This document shows, in pieces, positions 52,783 through 64,000 of a DNA stretch of 64,000 nucleotides. Position numbers and translations under genes: made by a program. The DNA is taken from contig JBIQLG010000008.1 in assembly GCA_044464485.1 (NCBI GenBank), positions 1,242 to 65,241 on the forward strand, in the 5' to 3' direction. The notes beneath the pieces were generated by a model. That model had not been told where the DNA came from. It saw only the letters and a program-made list of their open reading frames with translations, and did not search any database. How positions within the stretch are numbered: the stretch's first letter is position 1; every line of letters begins with the position of its first letter. Origin of the DNA: Agreia sp. (GTDB taxonomy: Bacteria > Actinomycetota > Actinomycetes > Actinomycetales > Microbacteriaceae).

Positions 52783-53619
52783 CTATTGCACAATCGCGAA
52801 ATCCCAGGGATCCGTGCGCACTTCGCTGATCGTCACCGTAACACCCGGAAGGGCGTCGCGGAGCTCCGCCGCCGCGACGTCAAGCCAGATCCATTCGCTT
52901 GCCCAGTGCGAAACATCGATGAGCGCCGGGCCCGTCCCCAGCTTTGCTGTCTCACGGAAGGCGGATGCCGGATGATGCCGAAGATCCGAGGTGATGTAGG
53001 CGTCAGCGCCCAGCACCGCGGCGTCGTCCAGGTAACTGTCCCCCGCTCCCGCGCAGAGCGCGACCGTGGAAATCGACGCGTCATAGTCGCCGGAAACCCG
53101 TACGCCGGTTGCGGTGGGCGGAAGAATCTCGGCGAGAGTGTGGGCGAGCCTGCCCAGCGTCGTAGGTTCAGCGCATTTTCCCACTCGACCGATCCCACCG
53201 TCTGCCGAGGCGCCGCTGACGATCGGCTCCGTGTCGACGAGACCGAGTTGCCGGGCGAGCTCGGCAGACGTTCCGGTATGCACGACATCCGCATTCGTGT
53301 GCGAGACGTAGAGCGCACAACCGCCGCGTATCAGCCGCGAGACCACGGCGCCCTTGAAGCCGTCTTCTGCAATGTCAGTGACACCCCGCAACAGGAGCGG
53401 GTGGTGGGCGAGAAGCATGTTCGCGCCGAGTGCCAGCGCTTCGTCTGCGATTTCCGGCACCGCGTCGACGCACAAATGTATGTGGCTCACGGCAGCGTAA
53501 GGATTGCCCGAGACGAGACCGATCGCATCCCATTGCTCGGCACCGGATGCTGGCCACAGCCGTTCGATTGCCGTAGCAATTTCCGCGACCGTCACCGCGT
53601 ACGAGTCCTTCTGCGCCAT
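52783..53619 (-). CDS. Nif3-like dinuclear-metal-centre protein
   Basis: 278 aa. ...LLAHHPLLLRG..., ...YVSHTNAD..., ...ITSDLRHH..., ...DVSHWASEW.... Confidence 0.85.
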   Translation of the reverse strand: MAQKDSYAVTVAEIATAIERLWPASGAEQWDAIGLVSGNPYAAVSHIHLCVDAVPEIADEALALGANMLLAHHPLLLRGVTDIAEDGFKGAVVSRLIRGGCALYVSHTNADVVHTGTSAELARQLGLVDTEPIVSGASADGGIGRVGKCAEPTTLGRLAHTLAEILPPTATGVRVSGDYDASISTVALCAGAGDSYLDDAAVLGADAYITSDLRHHPASAFRETAKLGTGPALIDVSHWASEWIWLDVAAAELRDALPGVTVTISEVRTDPWDFAIVQ

Positions 53620-53652
53620 TCACTCAGTCTAGGTCGCACATCCCACGCGACG

Positions 53653-56229
53653 TCATTCCGCTGTGGATGCGGTCCTCGTTACTCTCGGTTCCTCCTGACG
53701 CCGAATGGCCGGGATACCGGCGACGATGGGAGTGAGAATACCCACCGCGAGGGCCACGAACACGCCAAGGTCGCTGCCGGCCAGATCGCTTGTACGAGGG
53801 ATTCCGGATAGCGAAAACAGGTACCCCTGCCAACTCAGCCAACCGACGGTGGCCGTCGTGAGCCCGAACCCCACGGCAGAAGCGACGACGAGCATCGCGA
53901 GATTGACCCAGCGCACGCTCGGATATGCGCCTCCCGGTCGCACGAGCGATTCGGAGTCGAATCGTTTGCTCCGAATCATCATTTCGGAACCGAAAATTCC
54001 GGCCCATGCCGCGATGGGGACCGCCAGACTCGTGGCGACATCCCGCAACACCTCCACGAAGGTGGAGAGCGAAAGAGTCAGCAGCACTGCGACAACGGCG
54101 AGGAGTGCGCCGGAGATGAGTGTGGCGGCCGGCCTGCGCATCCGCAATCCGACGGCGTGCAACGCGAAGCCTCCCGAATAGATGGAGACCACCACTCCTG
54201 CGACAAGGCCAAGACCAAGTGCCGCGATGAGCGGTATCGGGTACCAGACGGGAATGAGCAGTGCGATCGTGTCAAGAGGGGCATCGAGCAGCCCCCGGGC
54301 AACGTCAGGGTTCGATGCCGCGAGAATGGCGCCATACGTAATGAGAACGAACGCGGGAATTGTCGACCCGAACGTGGACCACAGCATGCTCGAAGCGCCG
54401 GATCCGGTGGGTCGCTGGTACCGCGCGAGGTCCGCGCTACTCACCGCCCACACAAGGCCCACAAAGCTGAACACGAGAACGGCTCCCGTCACCACAAGAA
54501 TCCAGGGCCCGTCACCTACCGTGAGCGCGGCCGCGAAATCAACGGCGTGCCATGTGATCAAAATGAGCCCGACGATGAGAAGCGCAGAAACTATCGTGAA
54601 AACCAGGTGCACTCGCGCAATGAGCCCATAGCCGAAATAGGCCATGACGAGCGCAACCAGGAAACCGAGAGCCAATCCGATGATGGTGACCTGCATTTCG
54701 CTGAGCGGGCCGGTGAGATCCGCGCCGGCGAGGATGCGGGCCGTGCCGGCAGCGAGGAACCACAAGAGCACGGCACCCCAAAACACGCGCACGATAACAG
54801 CGAGTAGCGACGGCAGCACGTTGCCGAGATGACCGAAGGTTGCGCGAGAAACAATCATGGTCGGTTGGCCGCTCCATTTGCCCGCGAGCGTTCCCAAACC
54901 GAGTGGAAGGAAGGACACCGCAACACCGATGAGGGTTGCGACGATGGCCTGGCGCAAGCTCATTCCCAGCGCAAACACGGCACCACCGAAAGCAACGCTA
55001 ACAACCGATGAGTTCGCCGCGAACCAGAGCCAGAACAATCGAGACGCTCGACCAGCCCGCTGCTCAAGTTTTGTCGGTTCGGTAGAAACCTCTTCGACGC
55101 GGAACGCGGACGGCGAGACCGGGTTCGGCGCGGCACCCGGGCTATCGGGAACATTCACGTTCGAACTCGCGAGTGGCTCAGCCGGAGCAATGGGAGCTTC
55201 GGGGAGAATCGCAATACCTTCCGACGTCACGGGGAACGGTCCGAACACATCTGCAAAGGCTCGATCCGTGTCAGCGATGTCGTCGTCGAGAACCGAGTCA
55301 GGGTTGTGATCCACGACTTCGTCGTGGATTGCGAACGCCTGAGGCTCTTCGTCCGCAGCCTCGGACGCACCCCCGATAATCGAATCAAAGTCGAAAGCAT
55401 CGACGGTGGGGCGCACCTCGGCCGGTTCGACGAGATCCGGAATCATCGGCGCAACTGGCGGCGGCGGGGGCGGAACCGGAGCGGGAGCAGGCGGTGCTTC
55501 GGATGCAGGAGGTGCAGCGGGGGCGGCAGGCTCAGCAGGGCGCGCGGTGATCGAATGGCCAGGTGGAGGCGGGATGTCGGAAACGGGCGCCGTCATCGGT
55601 GCCGGCGCTGACAGCAGCGCATCGTCATGGACGTCATCCATCCGAAAGACATGAGTGGATTCCACGGAGTCGAAGTCTGATCCTGCCGCCGAATCGCCCA
55701 TTCCGGCCGCACGGCTGCTGTCAAGAATGTCATGCAGTTCCTCGCGGGCGGACTGCACAGCGGCCGACGTGTCCGGCGCACCGGAATCGGCCATCGATTG
55801 CTGCCACCGCTCAAATTCCTGGGCATCGGCTTCACGCAGCCGCAATTGCTCTTCAAGTTGCGACATGATCGCGGCCGGGTCCTCGCCGCGCTCCGCGCGC
55901 TGCGCCAGGCTCGCGGCAAGTTCCGTCGTCGGCATCGATCGTCTCACGGGAGGCGGAATCGGGTTCGCGTCGACGGGCTCGTCAGGGTCCACCGTTTCCT
56001 GCGCAGAGTTCCGTTCCTCGCTGTGCACGGTGTGAATCGCCCCGGTGTGCGCAATGCGTTCGAAGTCTTCCTCGAGAGCGCGAGCAAGATCGTCATCGCT
56101 CGTGTCAGAGGCTCCGCTCGACGGAGGTGGCGTCCAGGTTGACCGTCTGGCTCCCAACTGGTCGCCAAAGACCGCATTCCCCGCCTCGGATTCGAGGTCG
56201 TCTTCGGCCGGGTTGTCATCGTCAACCAT
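53653..56229 (-). CDS. NCS1/purine-cytosine-permease-like transporter with ~390-aa disordered N-terminal extension
   Basis: The C-terminal ~465 aa form a 12-TM permease (...LFWLWFAANSSVVSVAFG..., ...GQPTMIVSRATFG..., ...ADLARYQR...). The N-terminal ~390 aa (about 55050-56229) are acidic and Pro/Ala-rich (...PPPPPPVAPM...) with no TM helices. It is a single uninterrupted frame. Confidence 0.7.
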   Translation of the reverse strand: MVDDDNPAEDDLESEAGNAVFGDQLGARRSTWTPPPSSGASDTSDDDLARALEEDFERIAHTGAIHTVHSEERNSAQETVDPDEPVDANPIPPPVRRSMPTTELAASLAQRAERGEDPAAIMSQLEEQLRLREADAQEFERWQQSMADSGAPDTSAAVQSAREELHDILDSSRAAGMGDSAAGSDFDSVESTHVFRMDDVHDDALLSAPAPMTAPVSDIPPPPGHSITARPAEPAAPAAPPASEAPPAPAPVPPPPPPVAPMIPDLVEPAEVRPTVDAFDFDSIIGGASEAADEEPQAFAIHDEVVDHNPDSVLDDDIADTDRAFADVFGPFPVTSEGIAILPEAPIAPAEPLASSNVNVPDSPGAAPNPVSPSAFRVEEVSTEPTKLEQRAGRASRLFWLWFAANSSVVSVAFGGAVFALGMSLRQAIVATLIGVAVSFLPLGLGTLAGKWSGQPTMIVSRATFGHLGNVLPSLLAVIVRVFWGAVLLWFLAAGTARILAGADLTGPLSEMQVTIIGLALGFLVALVMAYFGYGLIARVHLVFTIVSALLIVGLILITWHAVDFAAALTVGDGPWILVVTGAVLVFSFVGLVWAVSSADLARYQRPTGSGASSMLWSTFGSTIPAFVLITYGAILAASNPDVARGLLDAPLDTIALLIPVWYPIPLIAALGLGLVAGVVVSIYSGGFALHAVGLRMRRPAATLISGALLAVVAVLLTLSLSTFVEVLRDVATSLAVPIAAWAGIFGSEMMIRSKRFDSESLVRPGGAYPSVRWVNLAMLVVASAVGFGLTTATVGWLSWQGYLFSLSGIPRTSDLAGSDLGVFVALAVGILTPIVAGIPAIRRQEEPRVTRTASTAE

Positions 56230-56292
56230 GGCTCAGATACTACGGCGTGCCGCGGATCTCGCACACATGGCGTGCCGAGCATGCAAAAACAG

Positions 56293-56365
56293 TGGGCCCT
56301 ACCGGGATCGAACCGATGACATCCACGGTGTAAACGTGGCGCTCTACCAGCTGAGCTAAAGGCCC
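56293..56365 (-). tRNA. tRNA-Val (anticodon UAC)
   Basis: Minus strand reads GGGCCTT TA GCTC AGCTGGTA GAGC G CCACG TTTACAC CGTGG ATGTC ATCGG TTCGATC CCGGT AGGGCCC A. It forms a clean cloverleaf. CCA is not encoded, and a T-run follows. Confidence 0.95.
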
Positions 56366-56600
56366 GTGCCCGCAAACGCGGGACGACGATCAATGATACC
56401 CGGAGGGAACCGCGAGTACACCCGCTCCGGTCCCCGGAGGCCGAACGCTGATTCCGAACGAAACCATGACAAGCTGGACTCACTAGAATTGGCGTGCTCC
56501 AGCAACCAGAACCCATCGCTGCAATCCGGCCGTGGCGGCAAGTTGCACCATCAGCACCGTGCGAACCAGCGCAACGAACGAGAACCATGCGAGGCCAACC

Positions 56601-59327
<2,727 letters not shown>

Positions 59328-59342
59328 GCGGAAACGAGAATT

Positions 59343-60560
59343 ATGTCCCCCGACACGGCGGGCACCGCTGCCGCGAAAACCAAGGATCAGACACTCGCGT
59401 GGCTGAAAACCGTGTCGGGCGAACTCGCGACTGCCACCCTTAAACGGTTGGAAGATACCCTCCCGTGGTACCGGGAGATGCCGCCAGGCCGTCGGTCCGC
59501 GGTGGGAATGGTCGCACAGGCCGGCATTTCCTCGTTCATCCAGTGGTATGACGATCCTGAGTCGACGCCCTGGATTGCCGCAGACGTCTTCGGAGTTGCA
59601 CCACGGGAGTTGCTGCGCTCGGTGAGCCTCACGCAAACGCTTCAACTCATCAAGGCGACAGTGGAAGTCGTCGAAGACCGAGTGAAAGGCCGCGACGAGT
59701 CACTGCGTGAAGCGATTCTCAAGTATTCGAGGGAAATCGCCTTCGGGGCGGCGGATGTTTATGCTCGCGCTGCTGAGGCGAGAGGCCTCTGGGACGCGCG
59801 ATTGGAGGCCCTGGTCGTCGACAGCATCCTGAGTGGAGAGTACGACGACGAACTTCCCAGTCGCATCGCCGCCCTCGGCTGGCACGGCCATGGCGAAGTT
59901 TCCGTACTCGTCGGGACGACTCCAAAGCAATTGGATGTCGACATGCTTCGCCGCACGGCTCGCCATCTGGACGCGGATGTGCTGATTGGTGTTCAGGGCG
60001 CACGGCTCGTGCTCGTCATTGGCCGCGCCTTGCCCGCACCCGCCAGTGACGACGAAACCGCTTCGCCGCCGATCTCCTTTCTCGAGATCGCCACTGCACT
60101 GGAACCGGGGTTCGGCGACGGATATCTGGTGCTCGGCCACGACGTTCCGAGCCTCGTCGATGCGAACCGCAGCGCGAAGGCGGCACTCGCCGGATTTGCC
60201 GTTGCACGGTCATGGCGGAATGCTCCGCGCCCGACGCTCGCGGACGATCTGCTCCCCGAGCGCGCACTGGCTGGTGACCCTCTGGCCCGTGCCACGCTGT
60301 TGACCCGCATTTACCGGCCACTCCATTCGCACGCCAGCGACTTGCTCAACACCCTGTGGGCCTATCTTGACAACGGCCGCTCCCTCGAAGCCACAGCGCG
60401 GGAGCTTTTCGTTCACCCCAACACGGTTCGCTACCGACTCAAGCGCGTTTCGGAACTCATCGGCTACGACGCAACAGGCGCGCGCGAGTCCCTCATATTG
60501 CAGGCAGCTCTTATCATCGGTTCCATTTCGGAGTCGGAGAAGCTCGGTCGACGCCGCTGA
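59343..60560 (+). CDS. PucR-family transcriptional regulator (FasR-like position upstream of the fab operon)
   Basis: 405 aa. C-terminal HTH ...SLEATARELFVHPNTVRYRLKRVSELIG.... Same position as the PucR-type regulator between aceE and fabD in mycobacteria and as Streptomyces FasR. Confidence 0.75.
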   Translation: MSPDTAGTAAAKTKDQTLAWLKTVSGELATATLKRLEDTLPWYREMPPGRRSAVGMVAQAGISSFIQWYDDPESTPWIAADVFGVAPRELLRSVSLTQTLQLIKATVEVVEDRVKGRDESLREAILKYSREIAFGAADVYARAAEARGLWDARLEALVVDSILSGEYDDELPSRIAALGWHGHGEVSVLVGTTPKQLDVDMLRRTARHLDADVLIGVQGARLVLVIGRALPAPASDDETASPPISFLEIATALEPGFGDGYLVLGHDVPSLVDANRSAKAALAGFAVARSWRNAPRPTLADDLLPERALAGDPLARATLLTRIYRPLHSHASDLLNTLWAYLDNGRSLEATARELFVHPNTVRYRLKRVSELIGYDATGARESLILQAALIIGSISESEKLGRRR

Positions 60561-60699
60561 GCCAGCCATCCGCGTCGCGACGCGCGACCTCCGTGTCGAT
60601 CGCGAGCGCGTGAGCTTTTGTGGATAAGCACCAAGGGGACGCCTCGTATTTGAAGCGAAGCGATAACGCTTGGGCGACTTTTGTTGGCAGACTAGTCAC

Positions 60700-61614
60700 G
60701 TGATTGTCATCGTGTGCCCTGGACAGGGTTCTCAAACGCCCGGATTCCTGTCTCCCTGGCTTGAGGTACCCGGCCTTGCTGATCGCCTTCAACGGTATTC
60801 GGATGCGGCGGGAATCGACCTCGCGCGGCACGGCACTGTCTCGGACGCCGACACCATCCGCGACACGAGAGTCGCTCAGCCGCTCATTGTTGCCGCCGGC
60901 CTTCTGACGCTCGGCGTGCTTCTTGATGGCCAGCGGGAACGCGTGGGTGGCATCGCGGGGCATTCGGTGGGAGAGATCACGGCAGCTGCAGCTGCCGGAA
61001 TCTTCAGTGACGAGGTGGCGATGTCCCTTGTCGCCGAGCGTGGAAGAGCCATGGCGGATGCCGCGGCCCTCACCCCGACGGGAATGAGCGCAGTCGTCGG
61101 TGCCAACGAAACAGAATTGCTCGCTCAATTGGATGAGTTGGGACTGGAGCCCGCGAACTTCAACGGGGGTGGCCAGATCGTCGTGGCCGGAACCATCGAT
61201 GCGTTGGATGCGTTGAAAAGCGCGCCGCCTGCCGGCGCGCGCGTGATTCCGCTGCAGGTGGCGGGCGCATTCCACACCCGCTACATGGTGCCTGCTGTCG
61301 ATCGCCTCCAGTCGGTGGCCGCATCGATTGACCCGCGCAATCCATCGATGACGATCTGGTCCAATCGAGACGGGAAGCGAGTATCCGGAGGGCGGGCATT
61401 TCTGGACCTACTCGTTGGTCAGGTGTCGTCGCCGGTTCGCTGGGACAAATGCATGGAATCATTTGAGAACGCAGGAGTGACCGGCATCATTGAGGTTTCG
61501 CCTGCGGGCGCGCTCGTCGGACTCGCCAAGCGAGGGCTCAAGGGAGTGCCGACTGTTGCTGTAAAAACCCCGGACGATGTTGCCGCTGCTATCGAAATGC
61601 TGGAGACCTCATGA
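60700..61614 (+). CDS. fabD: ACP S-malonyltransferase
   Basis: ...CPGQGSQTPGF..., active-site ...GHSVGE..., ...VAGAFHT.... The GTG at 60700 gives the canonical N-terminus. The ORF-track TTG at 60670 is an alternative. Confidence 0.92.
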   Translation: MIVIVCPGQGSQTPGFLSPWLEVPGLADRLQRYSDAAGIDLARHGTVSDADTIRDTRVAQPLIVAAGLLTLGVLLDGQRERVGGIAGHSVGEITAAAAAGIFSDEVAMSLVAERGRAMADAAALTPTGMSAVVGANETELLAQLDELGLEPANFNGGGQIVVAGTIDALDALKSAPPAGARVIPLQVAGAFHTRYMVPAVDRLQSVAASIDPRNPSMTIWSNRDGKRVSGGRAFLDLLVGQVSSPVRWDKCMESFENAGVTGIIEVSPAGALVGLAKRGLKGVPTVAVKTPDDVAAAIEMLETS

Positions 61615-62615
61615 CACCCCCCACACTCAAACAGTCTTCTGGAGCGAAATTCACCCGACTTTACGGGTTTGGGGCCGCGCGGGGCGACCGCGTCGTGCCC
61701 AATGACGAACTCGTCGGCCCGATCGATTCGAGCGACGAGTGGATTCAGCAGCGCACGGGAATTGTGACGCGCACAAGGGCATCCGTGGGACTCCTTGCTG
61801 TCGATCTGGCAACCGAAGCGGCGAAAGAGGCGATTGACGTCTCGGGTGTCGATCCCAAGGACATTGATCTGGTCATCATCGCGACGATCAGCAACGTGCA
61901 GCAAACGCCGTCGATGGCCGCGGTCGTCGCCGACCGTGTCGGAGCAAATCCCGCAGCAGCATACGACGCAAATGCCGCGTGCGCCGGGTATTCCTATGCC
62001 ATAACTCAGGCAGACGCACTCATCCGGTCCGGTGCTGCCCGATATGCGCTCGTCGTCGGCGCGGAAAAGCTGTCTGACGTCGTCGACCCGACAGACCGGT
62101 CCATTTCTTTCTTGCTCGGGGATGGCGCTGGCGCAGTGATTGTAGGTCCGAGCGACACACCGGGCATCTCCCCCGCCGTGTGGGGATCTGACGGCTCCAA
62201 AGCTTCCGCCGTAGGTATGAATGCAACGCTCATCGACTACCGCGAGGGGGATGCCAACTGGCCGACGCTGAGGCAGGAGGGCCAAACCGTGTTTCGCTGG
62301 GCAGTATGGGACATGGCGAAAGTGGCGAAGAAAGCCCTGGAACTCGCGGGAATCACAGCGGATGACCTTGCCGCGTTCATTCCGCACCAGGCGAACATGC
62401 GCATTATCGACGAGTTCGCAAAGCAGCTGAAACTTCCGGAATCCGTCATCATCGCCCGCGATATCGAGACCACCGGAAATACGTCTGCCGCGTCCATCCC
62501 GCTCGCGACACATAGACTCCTGAAGGAGCATCCGGAGCTCTCCGGCGGCCTCGCACTGCAAATCGGTTTCGGTGCAGGGCTCGTTTATGGGGCGCAGGTC
62601 GTCGTCCTGCCCTAA
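61611..62615 (+). CDS. fabH: beta-ketoacyl-ACP synthase III
   Basis: ...AACAGYSYA... (Cys), ...IPHQANMRI... (His), ...GNTSAASIP... (Asn). ATGA overlap with fabD. Confidence 0.92.
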   Translation: MTPPTLKQSSGAKFTRLYGFGAARGDRVVPNDELVGPIDSSDEWIQQRTGIVTRTRASVGLLAVDLATEAAKEAIDVSGVDPKDIDLVIIATISNVQQTPSMAAVVADRVGANPAAAYDANAACAGYSYAITQADALIRSGAARYALVVGAEKLSDVVDPTDRSISFLLGDGAGAVIVGPSDTPGISPAVWGSDGSKASAVGMNATLIDYREGDANWPTLRQEGQTVFRWAVWDMAKVAKKALELAGITADDLAAFIPHQANMRIIDEFAKQLKLPESVIIARDIETTGNTSAASIPLATHRLLKEHPELSGGLALQIGFGAGLVYGAQVVVLP

Positions 62616-62654
62616 ACTTATTCCCGGTCATCAATACCCCAAGGAGATAACACA

Positions 62655-62903
62655 ATGGCATTGTCCACCGAAGAAGTTCTGGCCGGCCTCGCCGAGCTCA
62701 TCAATGACGAAACCGGCATTGCGACAGACACTGTCGAGCTGGACAAGTCGTTCACTGACGATCTTGACATCGACTCGATCTCGATGATGACCATCGTGGT
62801 CAACGCGGAAGAGAAGTTCGACGTGAAGATCCCGGATGACGAGGTCAAGAATCTGAAGACCGTCGGCGATGCGGTCAGCTACATCGTCAAGGCTCAGAAC
62901 TAG
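62655..62903 (+). CDS. acpP: acyl carrier protein
   Basis: 82 aa with phosphopantetheine-site ...DDLDIDSISMM.... Confidence 0.93.
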   Translation: MALSTEEVLAGLAELINDETGIATDTVELDKSFTDDLDIDSISMMTIVVNAEEKFDVKIPDDEVKNLKTVGDAVSYIVKAQN

Positions 62904-62994
62904 TTGTTGCGCCCTCGGCTCTCCCGCACTTCCAGTCGCACTGGTGGCGCGGGCGGCCGGGGGCTCGCAGTTTCATCGATAGAAGGACTTTTCA

Positions 62995-64000
62995 ATGGCG
63001 CTCAAGAAGATCGTGGTCACCGGTATCGGAGCCAGTTCACCCCTGGGCGGTACGGCTCGGGATTCGTGGAACAATCTGCTTGCGGGTGAATCCGGCGTCC
63101 ACTCCCTCGACTACGACTGGGTCGAAAAGTACGAGCTGCCGGTAACGTTCGCGGCCGAGGCGCGCGTGCGTCCGGAGGAGGTACTCGAGCGTACGGAGGC
63201 AAAGCGCCTCGACCCGTCTTCACAATTCGCCATCGTTTCGGCCGGCGAAGCCTGGGCGGATGCTGGCTCACCTGACGTGGATCCCGAGCGACTCGGTGTC
63301 GACTACGCCACCGGTATCGGCGGACTGTGGAGCCTTCTGAACGCGTGGGACACCCTGCGCGAGCGAGGTACTCGGCGAGTACTGCCCATGACAGTGCCCA
63401 TGCTGATGCCCAACGCAGCGTCTGCTGCCATTTCCATGAAGTTCCATGCGCGCGCGTTTGCTCGCACCGTCGCTTCGGCGTGCGCATCCAGCACGGAGTC
63501 TCTTGTGAGCGCCTACGAGCACCTGCAGCTGGGTCTTGCGGATGTCATCATCGCGGGAGGCACCGAGTCCGCCATCCACCCCATAACTCTCTCTGCATTT
63601 TCCTCGATGCAGGCCTTGTCTCGGCGCAACGATTCGCCGGAGACCGCCTCACGCCCGTACAACGTCGATCGCGACGGGTTCGTCATGGGTGAAGGTGCCG
63701 CGAGTTTGGTACTCGAAACCGAGGAACACGCGCTCGCGCGCGGCGCACGAATTTACGCGGAACTGGCCGGTGGTGGAATTACCGCGGACTCCTACCACAT
63801 CACCGCCAACGACCCCGAAGGGTTGGGCGCTTCCCGCGCGATCGCGTTGGCGTTGGAGCACGCGGGTGCTTCACCCAACGACGTCACCCACATCAATGCT
63901 CATGCAACGAGCACTCCGGTCGGCGACATCGCAGAATATGCCGCGCTCAAAGTCGCTTTTGGCGACCGGCTGCACGACATCCCCGTGTCGGCCACGAAGG
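62995..64000 (+). CDS. fabF: beta-ketoacyl-ACP synthase II (KasA/FabF type), 3' end cut by window edge
   Basis: Not in the ORF track because it is open-ended. ATG at 62995 preceded by AGAAGGA. MALKKIVVTGIGASSPLG..., active-site ...VASACASS..., ...INAHATSTPVGD.... Open to position 64000. Confidence 0.9.
   Translation, partial: MALKKIVVTGIGASSPLGGTARDSWNNLLAGESGVHSLDYDWVEKYELPVTFAAEARVRPEEVLERTEAKRLDPSSQFAIVSAGEAWADAGSPDVDPERLGVDYATGIGGLWSLLNAWDTLRERGTRRVLPMTVPMLMPNAASAAISMKFHARAFARTVASACASSTESLVSAYEHLQLGLADVIIAGGTESAIHPITLSAFSSMQALSRRNDSPETASRPYNVDRDGFVMGEGAASLVLETEEHALARGARIYAELAGGGITADSYHITANDPEGLGASRAIALALEHAGASPNDVTHINAHATSTPVGDIAEYAALKVAFGDRLHDIPVSATK

Noticed and set aside
56229-56365. 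tRNA-Val as a possible integration hotspot for a genomic island
   Set aside because: No integrase, no direct repeat of the tRNA 3' end and no compositional break on either side. The flanking genes (permease, aceE) are ordinary chromosomal genes.

Overview
This 64-kb window comes from a high-GC Actinomycetota chromosome (roughly 60-68% GC in hand-counted lines). Gene content and order suggest Micrococcales/Microbacteriaceae, but that is inference only. I call about 57 protein genes, one tRNA-Val and the RNase P RNA. Almost everything is core housekeeping. The nitrogen assimilation genes are amt (partial), glnA, glnE, glnA2 and gdhA. The central carbon genes are acnA, aceE, lpd, sucB and dxs. 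The beta-oxidation genes are fadA and fadB. A fatty-acid synthesis locus runs PucR-like regulator, fabD, fabH, acpP, fabF (partial). The window also holds the topo IV-like parC/parE pair, the principal sigma factor, the dut/DUF3710/DUF3159/DUF3093/DUF4193/sepH block, pepA, panB, map, ppgK and an RNase H/Nif3 block. Gene order parallels the known mycobacterial/corynebacterial arrangements sucB...DUF4191-glnA-glnE-glnA2...panB...aceE-PucR-fabD-acp-kas and dut...sigA. I saw no transposase, integrase, phage, CRISPR, toxin-antitoxin or recognisable defence genes, so I cannot honestly claim a clear novel system. The least core-like spot is the parE-sigA interval (28.1-30.1 kb). There, a lower-GC ATP-grasp ligase gene abuts a small zinc-ribbon-like ORF with no gap, and it faces a CofE-like amide ligase gene that is packed against the 3' end of sigA. 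Other items worth a second look: GlnR-type phased pentamers upstream of amt and glnA; a 72-nt near-perfect palindrome between the RNase H gene and rnpB; an 18-bp palindrome on the acn promoter; a ~330-aa basic-then-acidic low-complexity N-terminus on SigA; an NCS1-type permease with a ~390-aa disordered N-terminal extension; a degenerate Ser/Thr (pseudo)kinase where lipB-lipA normally lie; and a recurrent leaderless-type promoter geometry. The ORF track translates GTG/TTG starts as M. It omits ORFs that run off the window (amt, fabF) and ORFs under 60 aa. Several of its starts are too far upstream, and I corrected them where the sequence allowed. All family assignments rest on motif recognition by eye; no database search was run.
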